Source: an uncultured bacterium
GTDB taxonomy: Bacteria > Chloroflexota > UBA5177 > JANWHV01
DNA length: 64,000 nt
Assembly (NCBI GenBank): GCA_963729625.1
Contig: CAVSOU010000011.1
Location: 384,001-448,000, forward strand
Direction: 5' to 3'
Shown: positions 52,044 to 60,977 of the stretch, one piece after another
Position numbering within the stretch: position 1 is the first letter of the stretch
Layout of the letters: the number at the start of each line of letters is the position of its first letter
The notes under the pieces: generated by a model
Database searches by the model: none
The model's input: the letters and a program-made list of their open reading frames with translations, nothing else
What the model was told of the DNA's origin: nothing
Made by a program: the position numbers and the translations under genes

Positions 52044-52378
52044 GATGCCGCCCCCTGAACACGATAAGCTCGCATACCAGCATAGCGGAGCGATGCACGT
52101 CGCGCGAATGGCATGTTCAGGCGCGGCGTCCGCGGCGCGGCATGTCAACGACGCTGGGATCACGCGCGCCATCGCCGAGTGGTCCGCGTCGGTGCCCGGC
52201 TGATTGCCTGAGATCCTGCGTCGTGCATCGTGCGACCACCCGCGGATTGGGCCGTCGCCGTTCGAAGCCACTCCTGCGCCTCAGCTATACTCAAGAAAGT
52301 GGCTGGACCCAGTCGAGGCGACGCGACAGCCCGGCGTCATGCCTGTGCCACGCACCGTAAGAGCCCTGATGCCTCGGA

Positions 52379-53359
52379 GTGTACTCAATCTTGCGTGACA
52401 TTCAGCTGCTGGCGGACCGCGCGATCGACAACATAGAACAGGTTATCGTTGGGAAGCCTCAGGCCGTCCGTCTCGTGATGGTTGCTCTCCTGTGTAGCGG
52501 ACATGTCCTCATCGAGGACGTGCCAGGAGTAGGGAAGACGGTGCTGGCCAAGTCGTTTGCGCGTTCAGTCGGCGCAACCTTCAAGCGGATACAGTTTACG
52601 CCAGACTTGCTGCCGAGCGATATCACGGGCGTGGAAATCTATAATCAGCAGAGCCGCGCGTTCGAGTTCCGGCCCGGGCCGCTAATGGCGCAGTTCGTCC
52701 TCGCCGATGAGATAAATCGTGCCACTCCCAAGACCCAATCCGCACTGCTTGAAAGCATGGACGAGGGACAGATCACGGTCGACGGCCAGACACACGTTCT
52801 GCCCCGGCCGTTCATCGTTCTAGCCACGGAGAACCCTGTAGATTTCGAGGGCACGTTCCCGCTGCCCGAAGCGCAGCTCGACCGTTTCTTGCTGACGATA
52901 AACCTCGGCTACCCGCAACTGGAGGACGAGGTCGCGATTCTTAGCGGCCATCAGCGCGCGCACCCTTTGGATGCATTGCGGCCCGTCGTCACCATCGACG
53001 ATCTTCGTGAAGCGCAGCTGCGCGTGCGGGAAGTGTACGTCGACGACGTGATCAAGCGCTACATCGTCGGCATCGTTCAGCAAACTCGCCGGCAACCCGA
53101 ACTGCGTCTTGGCGCTAGCCCGCGAGGGTCCCTTGCCGTGTTCCATTGCGCTCAGGCATGGGCTGCCATACACGGCCGCGACTTTGCCACGCCCGACGAT
53201 GTGAAGGCCGTAGCCGTATCTGCATTGAGTCACCGTTTGATCGGTCGCGCGTGGACTGAGTCTGCATCAACGTCGATGCGAGCACTCGTGAGCACCATCC
53301 TCGCGGCAACACCGGTACCGGGCAACTTCGCGGACCGCTCGGCCATGGCCCGGCGTTGA
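52379..53359 (+). CDS. MoxR family AAA+ ATPase
   Basis: EDVPGVGKT, RIQFTPDLLPSD, DEINRA, TQSALLE, PLPEAQLDRF, GASPR; start uncertain by a few codons. Confidence 0.95.
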   Translation: MYSILRDIQLLADRAIDNIEQVIVGKPQAVRLVMVALLCSGHVLIEDVPGVGKTVLAKSFARSVGATFKRIQFTPDLLPSDITGVEIYNQQSRAFEFRPGPLMAQFVLADEINRATPKTQSALLESMDEGQITVDGQTHVLPRPFIVLATENPVDFEGTFPLPEAQLDRFLLTINLGYPQLEDEVAILSGHQRAHPLDALRPVVTIDDLREAQLRVREVYVDDVIKRYIVGIVQQTRRQPELRLGASPRGSLAVFHCAQAWAAIHGRDFATPDDVKAVAVSALSHRLIGRAWTESASTSMRALVSTILAATPVPGNFADRSAMARR

Positions 53360-53398
53360 CGTGCTCCATCGGCGCGTCTGGCCTGCTATAGTATCTGG

Positions 53399-54883
53399 GT
53401 GAAAGTCTTCCGAACTGTGACCCCAGACACGAGCCTCGCGGTTCCCGAGGACGTCTTCCGTTTACCGCCGTTGCACGTCGCCCGACGCATTTCGAGCGCT
53501 GCCGCATCACGGCGCGTGGTATATGGCTTGGTGCTCGTCGGCGGCATCATCGTTACTGTTGCGCCGCCCGCGCTGAGCGCGGTAGCGATCGTTGGCATCG
53601 CGGGTCTGCTACTGTTGCTCTCACAACCATTTGGCGCATTGTGCACACTGGCGTTCTCTGTCCCGTTTGAGTCGGTCCGCAACCTGCAGGTAGGCGGGCT
53701 CAATGTAACCACGACCAACCTCATCGTGTTCACGATTGTCATGGCGCTTGCAACTCGGAGCACTGTATCCGGAAGGATAAACCTTGGCCCCGCACCGTGG
53801 CGCACGGCTCTCTTGCTGTACGGCGTGGTATTGCTCGCGTCCGTGAGCCAGTCGACGGACTATGTGGGAAGCGTCAAAGAACTGCTCAAGTGGGGCCAGT
53901 TGACGCTCGTCTATCTTGCAGGCGTGACGCTCGTGCAGTCGCGCCGCCAGGCGCGCGTGCTCCTGACCGTGCTGTTCTTGGCGGTCCTATCCGAAGCCGC
54001 GGTCGGAGTGGCACAAACCCTGTTGGGCAGCGGCCCCAGCAGCTTTGGCCGGGGCGCTATTCTTCGCAGCTCAGGCACGTTCAGTCAACCCAACCCGTTT
54101 GCCGGCTACCTCAACATGACCTTTCCGCTCGCAGTGGGCTGTCTGATGTTCCGCGTGTTTCCGCGAAAGTACATGTGGCTGGTCACGCTGGTGACCGGCG
54201 CCGGTGTCCTCTCATCGCTTTCCCGTGGAGCGGAGCTCGGATCGATTATTGCGCTGGCGGTCATGTTCGCCGTGACGTCACCGCGCGTGCGGTCGTTGTT
54301 GCCGCTAGCGGCGGTGGTGATCGTGGCGCTTGGCACCCTGGGGTTCATCGGAATCATTCCGGGCGCGGTAACGGATCCTATCGCGAATGGTCTTGGTGTG
54401 TCGAACGTCGACGTCCAGAATCCTACTCCAGTTACCTGGAGCTCCGCCGAGCGCCTTGCACACATGGAGGCTGGCTTGCGCATGTTCGCGGCCAATCCAG
54501 CCCTTGGCGTTGGCATCGGCAACTATCCGGCCGCCTATTGGCACTATCGCGTGGAGGGTCCCTGGGACAACCCGCTTGGTCACGCGCACAACTACTACAT
54601 TAATATCGCGGCAGAGGCAGGCGTTCCCGGCTTCATCGCCTGGATAATCCTCTTGACCAGCGGCATGGCGATCTGCGTGAAGGCCTATCGACGAGCTCCG
54701 GACGATTTTGGTCGTGCAGTCGCGTTGGGCGGGTTGGGCGTGATAACGGCGTTCTCGACACACATGTTCTTCGACGATCTGCTCGTGCATGGTATTGAGG
54801 CGCAGCTTGGGTTGGTCATGGTCCTGGTGACCGTCGCGGGTTACCGCACGGACGGCGATGCCACGGCCGATCGCTCAAACTGA
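53399..54883 (+). CDS. O-antigen ligase / Wzy_C family membrane protein
   Basis: Multi-TM; R..GTF.QPN..AGY, SRG, GVGIGNY, HAHNYY, E.G..G. Confidence 0.88.
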   Translation: MKVFRTVTPDTSLAVPEDVFRLPPLHVARRISSAAASRRVVYGLVLVGGIIVTVAPPALSAVAIVGIAGLLLLLSQPFGALCTLAFSVPFESVRNLQVGGLNVTTTNLIVFTIVMALATRSTVSGRINLGPAPWRTALLLYGVVLLASVSQSTDYVGSVKELLKWGQLTLVYLAGVTLVQSRRQARVLLTVLFLAVLSEAAVGVAQTLLGSGPSSFGRGAILRSSGTFSQPNPFAGYLNMTFPLAVGCLMFRVFPRKYMWLVTLVTGAGVLSSLSRGAELGSIIALAVMFAVTSPRVRSLLPLAAVVIVALGTLGFIGIIPGAVTDPIANGLGVSNVDVQNPTPVTWSSAERLAHMEAGLRMFAANPALGVGIGNYPAAYWHYRVEGPWDNPLGHAHNYYINIAAEAGVPGFIAWIILLTSGMAICVKAYRRAPDDFGRAVALGGLGVITAFSTHMFFDDLLVHGIEAQLGLVMVLVTVAGYRTDGDATADRSN

Positions 54884-54946
54884 GTATGCTTAAGGCGCCG
54901 GGACCAACATCCACACCGGGCGGGGCAATCGAAGGATCATAGAGAA

Positions 54947-56299
54947 ATGAACAGCGTGCGTACGGATATTGCGCGCCAGGTTCGCGAGCTCGACATCCGC
55001 TTGGTGCGGTTTCTGTTCTGCGACCTCAGTTCGGTGATCCGCGCAAAAGCCGTCCACGTGCGCGGGCTCGAGGAGCGCCGGCAAAGCGGTGTTGCCATCG
55101 GCAAGGCGGCGTTAGCACGCACGGTGCTGGACACTATCGTGCCCATCCGCGGCCTCGGTCAGGTCGGCGAGGTGCGACTGGTACCTGACCAGGACACGTT
55201 TGTGGACCTGCCATACGTTGCGCGCGCCGGATCGATGTGCGCCGATATCGTCACGCCCGATTTTGAACCATGGATGTTCTGCCCTCGATCCTTTCTCAAG
55301 CGAATGCTCGCCCGCTTGAACGCGCGCGGCCTGCGGATTCAGGCAGCTTTCGAAAGCACGTTCACCCTGTTGCAGCACGACGGCGACGCGTTCGCTCCCA
55401 TGGACCGTGCGGGGTGCTTTACTACGGCGGCGATGAATACCGCGGCGCCCATCATCAACAGCCTCATCGACGCGCTGGAGACACAGCGCGTGACGGTCGA
55501 GCAATACAGCGCGGAGGCGGGCCACGGGCAACACCAGCTCGCGATCCGGCACGGCGAAGGTGTTGCAGCCGCCGACAACCTGGTGCTACTTCGAGAGACT
55601 GTGCGGGGCGTCGCCGCAGCACATGGCGTCGTGGCCTCATTCGCGCCGAAACCGGTCATCGACCAGCCAGGGAACGCCTGTCACCTGCACTTCAGCCTGA
55701 CAGGAAATGACGGCCGCGCCTCCCGCTTCTACGAATCCGATGCACCCTACCAGCTAACTGATACGGCGCGCACCTTCCTTGCGGGAGTGGTAGAGCACCT
55801 GCCTGCCCTCACGGTCTTGGCTTGCCCCAGCGTGAACTCGTACCGCCGCCTGCAGACGGACCTGGCGGGAACGCTGGTACCGTCGTGGGGACCCGACAGC
55901 AGACAGGCGGCGGTCCGCGTCGTCTCACCGTACTCGGGCGAGGAGCCAATCACGATCCACGCGGAGCTACGCATCTCCGACCATGCCGCCAACCCCTACC
56001 TGTTGCTCGGCAGCCTGATCGCTGCCGGGCTTGACGGCTTGGCGCGAGAACGCACGCTTCCGCCGCCGCTGCTCGAGGATCCGATTTCGGTTGAGTCTCT
56101 GAGCAGCCCGGGCGAGCCGGGGCCGCTGCCCAGGAATCTTACCGATGCGCTGGCCGCGCTCAAGACGGATACGATATTGGAGGAAGCACTGGGACCAGAA
56201 CTGCTGGCTGCATTCCTGGGTATCAAGACACTCGAATGTCGCCAGTTCGCGGACCATGATGCAGCATTTGAACTGAGTGCATATACTGCCTGCCTGTAG
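54947..56299 (+). CDS. Glutamine synthetase-family protein (gamma-glutamyl ligase fold) with degenerate metal site
   Basis: CPRSFL, FAPKP, GNACHLHFS, NSYRRL, WG..R.A.VR, ELR..D..ANPY; FEST replaces ExE and GQHQ replaces GQxE. Confidence 0.88.
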   Translation: MNSVRTDIARQVRELDIRLVRFLFCDLSSVIRAKAVHVRGLEERRQSGVAIGKAALARTVLDTIVPIRGLGQVGEVRLVPDQDTFVDLPYVARAGSMCADIVTPDFEPWMFCPRSFLKRMLARLNARGLRIQAAFESTFTLLQHDGDAFAPMDRAGCFTTAAMNTAAPIINSLIDALETQRVTVEQYSAEAGHGQHQLAIRHGEGVAAADNLVLLRETVRGVAAAHGVVASFAPKPVIDQPGNACHLHFSLTGNDGRASRFYESDAPYQLTDTARTFLAGVVEHLPALTVLACPSVNSYRRLQTDLAGTLVPSWGPDSRQAAVRVVSPYSGEEPITIHAELRISDHAANPYLLLGSLIAAGLDGLARERTLPPPLLEDPISVESLSSPGEPGPLPRNLTDALAALKTDTILEEALGPELLAAFLGIKTLECRQFADHDAAFELSAYTACL

Positions 56300-56411
56300 G
56301 CAAGGACGTCTCTGCCGCGTTGCCGGCGAGGGCCAGGTACAGCTCGCCCGGCGTGGTCGGGGCGCCGGTGCCGGGCCGGTTCGGTGAGTGAGCGCGGGCT
56401 CGCGCCTCCTT

Positions 56412-56604
56412 ATGCTGTCGCGCTGTCACTGCAAACGATATAGCCGGGCAGCCGGTCACCGAGGATCGTTTGACACGCGGTATCAAGGAGATACCATATA
56501 GCTTGATCGAAGCCACGGAGGCGCTCGCGGCGGACCCGGTGCGGCCGAGAGGCTTGAGACCGGGCTGCAGTCCGATATACATGGAGTCTGGCGCTCGGCG
56601 GCAT
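56412..56604 (+). ncRNA. Candidate 6S-RNA-like rod-shaped RNA (unconfirmed)
   Basis: 193-nt region with terminal pairing 56412-56425/56589-56604, inner stem 56448-56457/56558-56568, and A-rich unpaired strands between them. Confidence 0.35.
56470..56497 (+). promoter_or_regulatory. Putative sigma70 promoter upstream of the ybjQ-like gene
   Basis: TTGACA (56470-56475), N16, TACCAT (56492-56497). Confidence 0.5.
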
Positions 56605-56679
56605 GCATCTTCCCTGGCCAGGACGGTACCTTTGAGTTGAACGCTTGCAATACCCGGTTGATAGAGACGGAGGACGGCA

Positions 56680-57003
56680 GTGATCATCACAACCACCGAG
56701 AACGTACGCGGGTACAAAGTTCGTGAGGTCAAGGGCCAGGTTTTTGGCGTCGTCGTGCGGAGCAGGGGGATCGGCGGCAACATCATGGCCTCGCTGCGCA
56801 CCATCAAGGGCGGCGAGATCAAGGAGTACACGCAACTGCTCGAAACGACGCGCAATGACGCCATAGATCGCATGGTGCAGAATGCGCAGGCAATGGGTGC
56901 CAACGGCGTGGTGATGATGCGGTTTGATTCTTCTGAGATAGGCACCAGCATGAGCGAAATCGTAGCGTATGGAACGGCTGTCGTGCTCGATCCTGAGGCG
57001 TAG
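56680..57003 (+). CDS. YbjQ / UPF0145 family protein
   Basis: MIITTTE..., GGEIKEY, GANGVV..RFD, E..AYGTAV. Confidence 0.93.
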   Translation: MIITTTENVRGYKVREVKGQVFGVVVRSRGIGGNIMASLRTIKGGEIKEYTQLLETTRNDAIDRMVQNAQAMGANGVVMMRFDSSEIGTSMSEIVAYGTAVVLDPEA

Positions 57004-57434
57004 CCCCACGATTTGACAACCACATTCTTCAATGCGCGCCAATCCATCCGCGCCAGTTGCGCCGCCGTATCAACTGCCTGGTACCCCAAGCTCGCCGCGG
57101 GCTGCGAATGCCCACCTGCGGTAACTGGCAGCGCGCATGATCCGGGACGATGAGATGCGCGTTACTTTTGCCGGCGACGGCAGCGTTTTCTTTATGAGTG
57201 GGTCGGTGGGCGGTGCGCAACTCGCCAGTCGGCGCCTCTGCATAAGGATGTGGTGTGCGCATAACCATGCAAGAATCCGGGGCGGCCCTGTCTCAAGAAT
57301 CTGCGTGCGGCGCGGAGTTAGTGCGGCCGTGGTCGCTGCCCCGGGTCGCTCCAGCGGTTGGAGGGAGGATTTCCGCGGGGCGGGTTGTGGTTCCGATACG
57401 TGGACGTGCTGTGCCACGAAGTAGTGACGATGGC

Positions 57435-58085
57435 TTGACGGATATAGCCGCGCTACAGGACGCGCGCGACGGTGGTTCAGCCTCCACGCGGAGCACTGGC
57501 GAGCCGCGTTCATCTCTGCTCGTGCTGAGCGAAGCCGAGCTGGTTGAGAGCGCCAAGACCAATCCAGAAGCTTTCGCCTTGCTGTACGAGCGACACGTGC
57601 GGTCTGTCTACGCGTTCGCCCTCAGCAAGGTGCGGGACGTCAGCAACGCCGAGGACGTCACGTCGCAGACATTCCTCAAAGCGCTTCGCGGTTTGCCTCG
57701 ATACGAGCAGCGCGGAGTTCCGTTTCGCAGTTGGTTGCTGCGTATAACAGCAAACGCGATAGTCGACCAAAGCCGCTCGCCGCACGTTGAGGTGCCCCTG
57801 CACCGCCAACCGGACGGCGCGGAGCCGGATGAGGAAATCCAGGTGGTTGACGCACATGCGGAACAGGAGATCGTCGCTTGGGAGCAGGCCGAGGCATTCG
57901 GCAGGCTCATCGCGGACCTCTCGACGGAGCAGCGGACGGTGGTGCAGCTCCGCTTCGTCGATGGATTGCCTATTGCAGGTATTGCCACCAAGATGTCCCG
58001 ATCGGAAGGCTCGGTGAAGATGCTGCTGATGCGCGCGTTGCAGAACCTGCGCCGGACTCTGGCCATGGAGGCGTGCGATGCTTGA
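57435..58085 (+). CDS. ECF RNA polymerase sigma factor
   Basis: AFALLYER, AEDVTSQTF, FRSWLLRI (region 2); LSTEQRTVVQLRF...GSVK (region 4); start uncertain. Confidence 0.9.
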   Translation: MTDIAALQDARDGGSASTRSTGEPRSSLLVLSEAELVESAKTNPEAFALLYERHVRSVYAFALSKVRDVSNAEDVTSQTFLKALRGLPRYEQRGVPFRSWLLRITANAIVDQSRSPHVEVPLHRQPDGAEPDEEIQVVDAHAEQEIVAWEQAEAFGRLIADLSTEQRTVVQLRFVDGLPIAGIATKMSRSEGSVKMLLMRALQNLRRTLAMEACDA

Positions 58086-59628
58086 TGATCGGCGCGCCGA
58101 CCTCCTTTCGCGCCTGTTGGATGAACGCGACAGGATTCCCGACGACCTGTACGATCGGGAGCTGGCCTCGCTCGCCGAGCTTGGCGCCGAACTCGAGCAG
58201 CATCGCGATCGCGTCGCATTCATGATGCGCACCGACGCAGAATTCGATCCCGCGTTCGCCCGAAAGCTGCGCGAAGCGCTTCTGGCGGAGCACCCCGGAA
58301 CGGGCCGCGCGCCGCAGCCGGCGCCGACGCCCGAGCCGTCCAGCGAAGGAGCGCGGGCGTCGCGACATTGGGTTTTCGCATCCCGCTCTCGCGCCTATCG
58401 CGCATTGCTGCTGCCGTTCATTGCCGCTGCCCTGGTCATTACAACCGTGAATGCACTCATGCATCCGTCCTCATCTCCGAAGGTGGCGACAGGCGTGGCC
58501 GCGACGAGCACGCACACGAATGTTTTGTCCGCGCGGATGCCTGGCGCTCAGCCGGCATCCACGGCACCAACGGCCTTTAAGAACCCCGTGCCGGCCGTAC
58601 GTGTATTCGCGGCAAAACAGAGCACGCCCTCGTCCAAGACCGGCGACAGGGTGCCCTTGGACGGGCAAGGGTTCACACCTGCCTCCACCGCAATGGCGCA
58701 CGCCTCTGCCGACGGCCACGCGACTGGCGCGGGTTCGAGCGCAGCTAGACCGCTGCCGACCACGGCTGCCGCGACACCAACCCTTTCAACAAGCGTGGGG
58801 CCGCCTGGCGGAACGGCCGTGGCTCGGCCGTTCCCGACAGTTGCCCAGTCCGGATCTGCTCTTACCGCTCCCCTCGCGGCAGTGAGATTGCCTCCCATAC
58901 TGCCACGGCTTCCTTCAAGTGCCGATGTCTACGCGTTGCACTATGCGCGCGTCGCTCACGACGACGTTTCCCGTATCGCCAAATCATTCCCACGACTCAG
59001 GAAAGTGGGCGCAGGTGTCTATCAATCACCGGGCGGCCAGGAGGATCTCACCTTCGATGGCGACGTTCCCAGCCATGTCAGCTACAAGAATTCGGGCAAT
59101 GCGGCGGCATTAGGCGCCGTGGAGACGGCTCGCGATGCCTCCGAGATAGCGCGAGGCTGGCTGACATTGCATCACATGGCTCCACTGGGAGTTGACCTGG
59201 TGCGCGCTCACACTGTCTATTCCCCTGCCACGCGTACTGTTGTGTTCGGCCCACCGCCAGCTCATGGTTTGTCGGGCAGCACCGCGCCCAGCGGCATCTC
59301 CGTCGTTCTTGGCGCCAGGCGTACCGTGATTGCGGCTGATATCCTCTGGCCCGTACTGAGCCCGGGAAAGCCCCAACCGCTGATTTCCCTGCGCCAGGCT
59401 CTTGCAGCCAACGGCGAGACAGACCAGGTGCCCACAGCCACACAGCCCGCCACAACGCTTGGAGCGATACTGCAAGTAGACGCCATTGACCTGGTCTACG
59501 ACAAGGTAGGCGCGGGTGACGCGCTCACCTGGCAGCCGTTCTATCGGCTGGTCGGCCATGTCGAAACCCCCGAAGGCGGTCGTACGCACGTTGTACGCGA
59601 GATCCCGGCAACGGCGATCGACAAGTAA
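58078..59628 (+). CDS. Putative anti-sigma factor, single-pass membrane protein
   Basis: Overlaps the ECF stop; acidic cytoplasmic N-domain (FDPAFARKLR), one TM, Ala/Pro/Thr linker, extracytoplasmic domain. Confidence 0.65.
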   Translation: MLDDRRADLLSRLLDERDRIPDDLYDRELASLAELGAELEQHRDRVAFMMRTDAEFDPAFARKLREALLAEHPGTGRAPQPAPTPEPSSEGARASRHWVFASRSRAYRALLLPFIAAALVITTVNALMHPSSSPKVATGVAATSTHTNVLSARMPGAQPASTAPTAFKNPVPAVRVFAAKQSTPSSKTGDRVPLDGQGFTPASTAMAHASADGHATGAGSSAARPLPTTAAATPTLSTSVGPPGGTAVARPFPTVAQSGSALTAPLAAVRLPPILPRLPSSADVYALHYARVAHDDVSRIAKSFPRLRKVGAGVYQSPGGQEDLTFDGDVPSHVSYKNSGNAAALGAVETARDASEIARGWLTLHHMAPLGVDLVRAHTVYSPATRTVVFGPPPAHGLSGSTAPSGISVVLGARRTVIAADILWPVLSPGKPQPLISLRQALAANGETDQVPTATQPATTLGAILQVDAIDLVYDKVGAGDALTWQPFYRLVGHVETPEGGRTHVVREIPATAIDK

Positions 59629-59893
59629 ACGCGACCTGGTCCACAACATTGCCGGATTCCGGCCGCGGCCACCCAGAAGGCCTGCAGCTGCCGCTCTGGT
59701 AGCCTGCTCTGGCGGCGAACCCCACAGCCGGCCGCGGTCGAATCATGACGGCCATCCACGGACTCCGGGTCACCGGCTTGCAAGGTGGGTCGTGCTGCGC
59801 AGGCCAGGCCGCGGGTCAACTACGCGTACCGATTGGCCGGAGTCTCCCCGTCGCCGGTTACTATCAATGGAGAGCAGCTGAAAGGCATGAAGT

Positions 59894-60940
59894 GTGAGTG
59901 AGACGATCGACCTTCGAAGCGATACCGTGACTATGCCCCCGCCCGAGATGCGTCGCGCAATGTATGAGGCCGAGCTGGGCGACGATGTCTATGGTGAAGA
60001 CCCTACGGTCAATGCACTGCAAGCGCGAGCCGCCGAGCTTCTGGGCAAGGAGGCGGCCCTCTTCGTAACGAGCGGTACGCAGGGGAACATCGTCGCGATA
60101 TTGACTCACTGCACGCGCGGTGACGAAATCGTCGTCGGAGACAAGGCGCACATCCTGCACTACGAGGTTGGTGGGGCGTCTGCGTTGGCCGGTGTGCAGG
60201 TTCGCACAATTCCTAACCGCGCCAATGGCACACTGGCTCCCGAGGCAGTCCACGCGGTGATGCGCGATCGCAGCGACGTTCACAACCCATATACACGCCT
60301 TATCTGTCTCGAGAACACGCAGAACCTTTGCGGAGGCGTCATCTTATCACCGGAGTACATTCAGCGGATCGGTGCTCTGGCTCACGCCAATGATGCCTCG
60401 CTCCACGTTGACGGAGCTCGTCTCTTCAACGCGGCTGTTGCGCTCGGCATATCGGCGGCGGATGTGGTTGCCGGCGCGGACTCGGTCATGGTTTGCGCCT
60501 CGAAGGGTCTGGCAGCGCCGGTGGGGTCGGTGCTGTGCGGCAGCCACGAGTTCATCGAGCGAGCCCAACGCTGGCGCAAGATGCTGGGAGGCGGAATGCG
60601 CCAGGCGGGTGTCATCGCGGCAGGCGCGCTGTATGCGCTGAACAATATGGTCGATCGACTGGACGACGACCACCGTCTGGCAAGAGCCCTGGCAGAGGGT
60701 TTGGCCGAGATACCAGGAATCTCGGTGAGCCTGGAGGCCGTACAGACCAACATCGTGATCTTCGACGTAACCGCGTCAGACCATAGCGCGCAAGACGTTG
60801 TCGACCGGCTCAGTCGCGCCGGGGTGCTCAGCGGTGCTTTGAACGGATCTACCATCCGCCTGGTCACGCACTTCGGCATTGAACAGCGCCACGTGGAGCA
60901 GGCGCTTACCTGCACCGCAGCGGTCATGCGAGAACTGTAG
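59894..60940 (+). CDS. ltaE: Low-specificity L-threonine aldolase
   Basis: DLRSDTVT, GDDVYGEDPT, SGTQGN, LENT, HVDGARLFNA, SKGL.APVGS, GGGMRQAG. Confidence 0.95.
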   Translation: MSETIDLRSDTVTMPPPEMRRAMYEAELGDDVYGEDPTVNALQARAAELLGKEAALFVTSGTQGNIVAILTHCTRGDEIVVGDKAHILHYEVGGASALAGVQVRTIPNRANGTLAPEAVHAVMRDRSDVHNPYTRLICLENTQNLCGGVILSPEYIQRIGALAHANDASLHVDGARLFNAAVALGISAADVVAGADSVMVCASKGLAAPVGSVLCGSHEFIERAQRWRKMLGGGMRQAGVIAAGALYALNNMVDRLDDDHRLARALAEGLAEIPGISVSLEAVQTNIVIFDVTASDHSAQDVVDRLSRAGVLSGALNGSTIRLVTHFGIEQRHVEQALTCTAAVMREL

Positions 60941-60977
60941 CATCGGGCTCGCGGCTCACGCCGCAACCGACATGACA

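Noticed and set aside
56510-56600. Lysine riboswitch (ACGGAGGCGC...GCCGA...GGAG)
   Set aside because: Too short for the five-helix aptamer, and no lysine-related downstream gene
59630-59893. Glycine riboswitch upstream of ltaE
   Set aside because: Only GGAGAG is present; no CCGAAG or CTCTCAGG core
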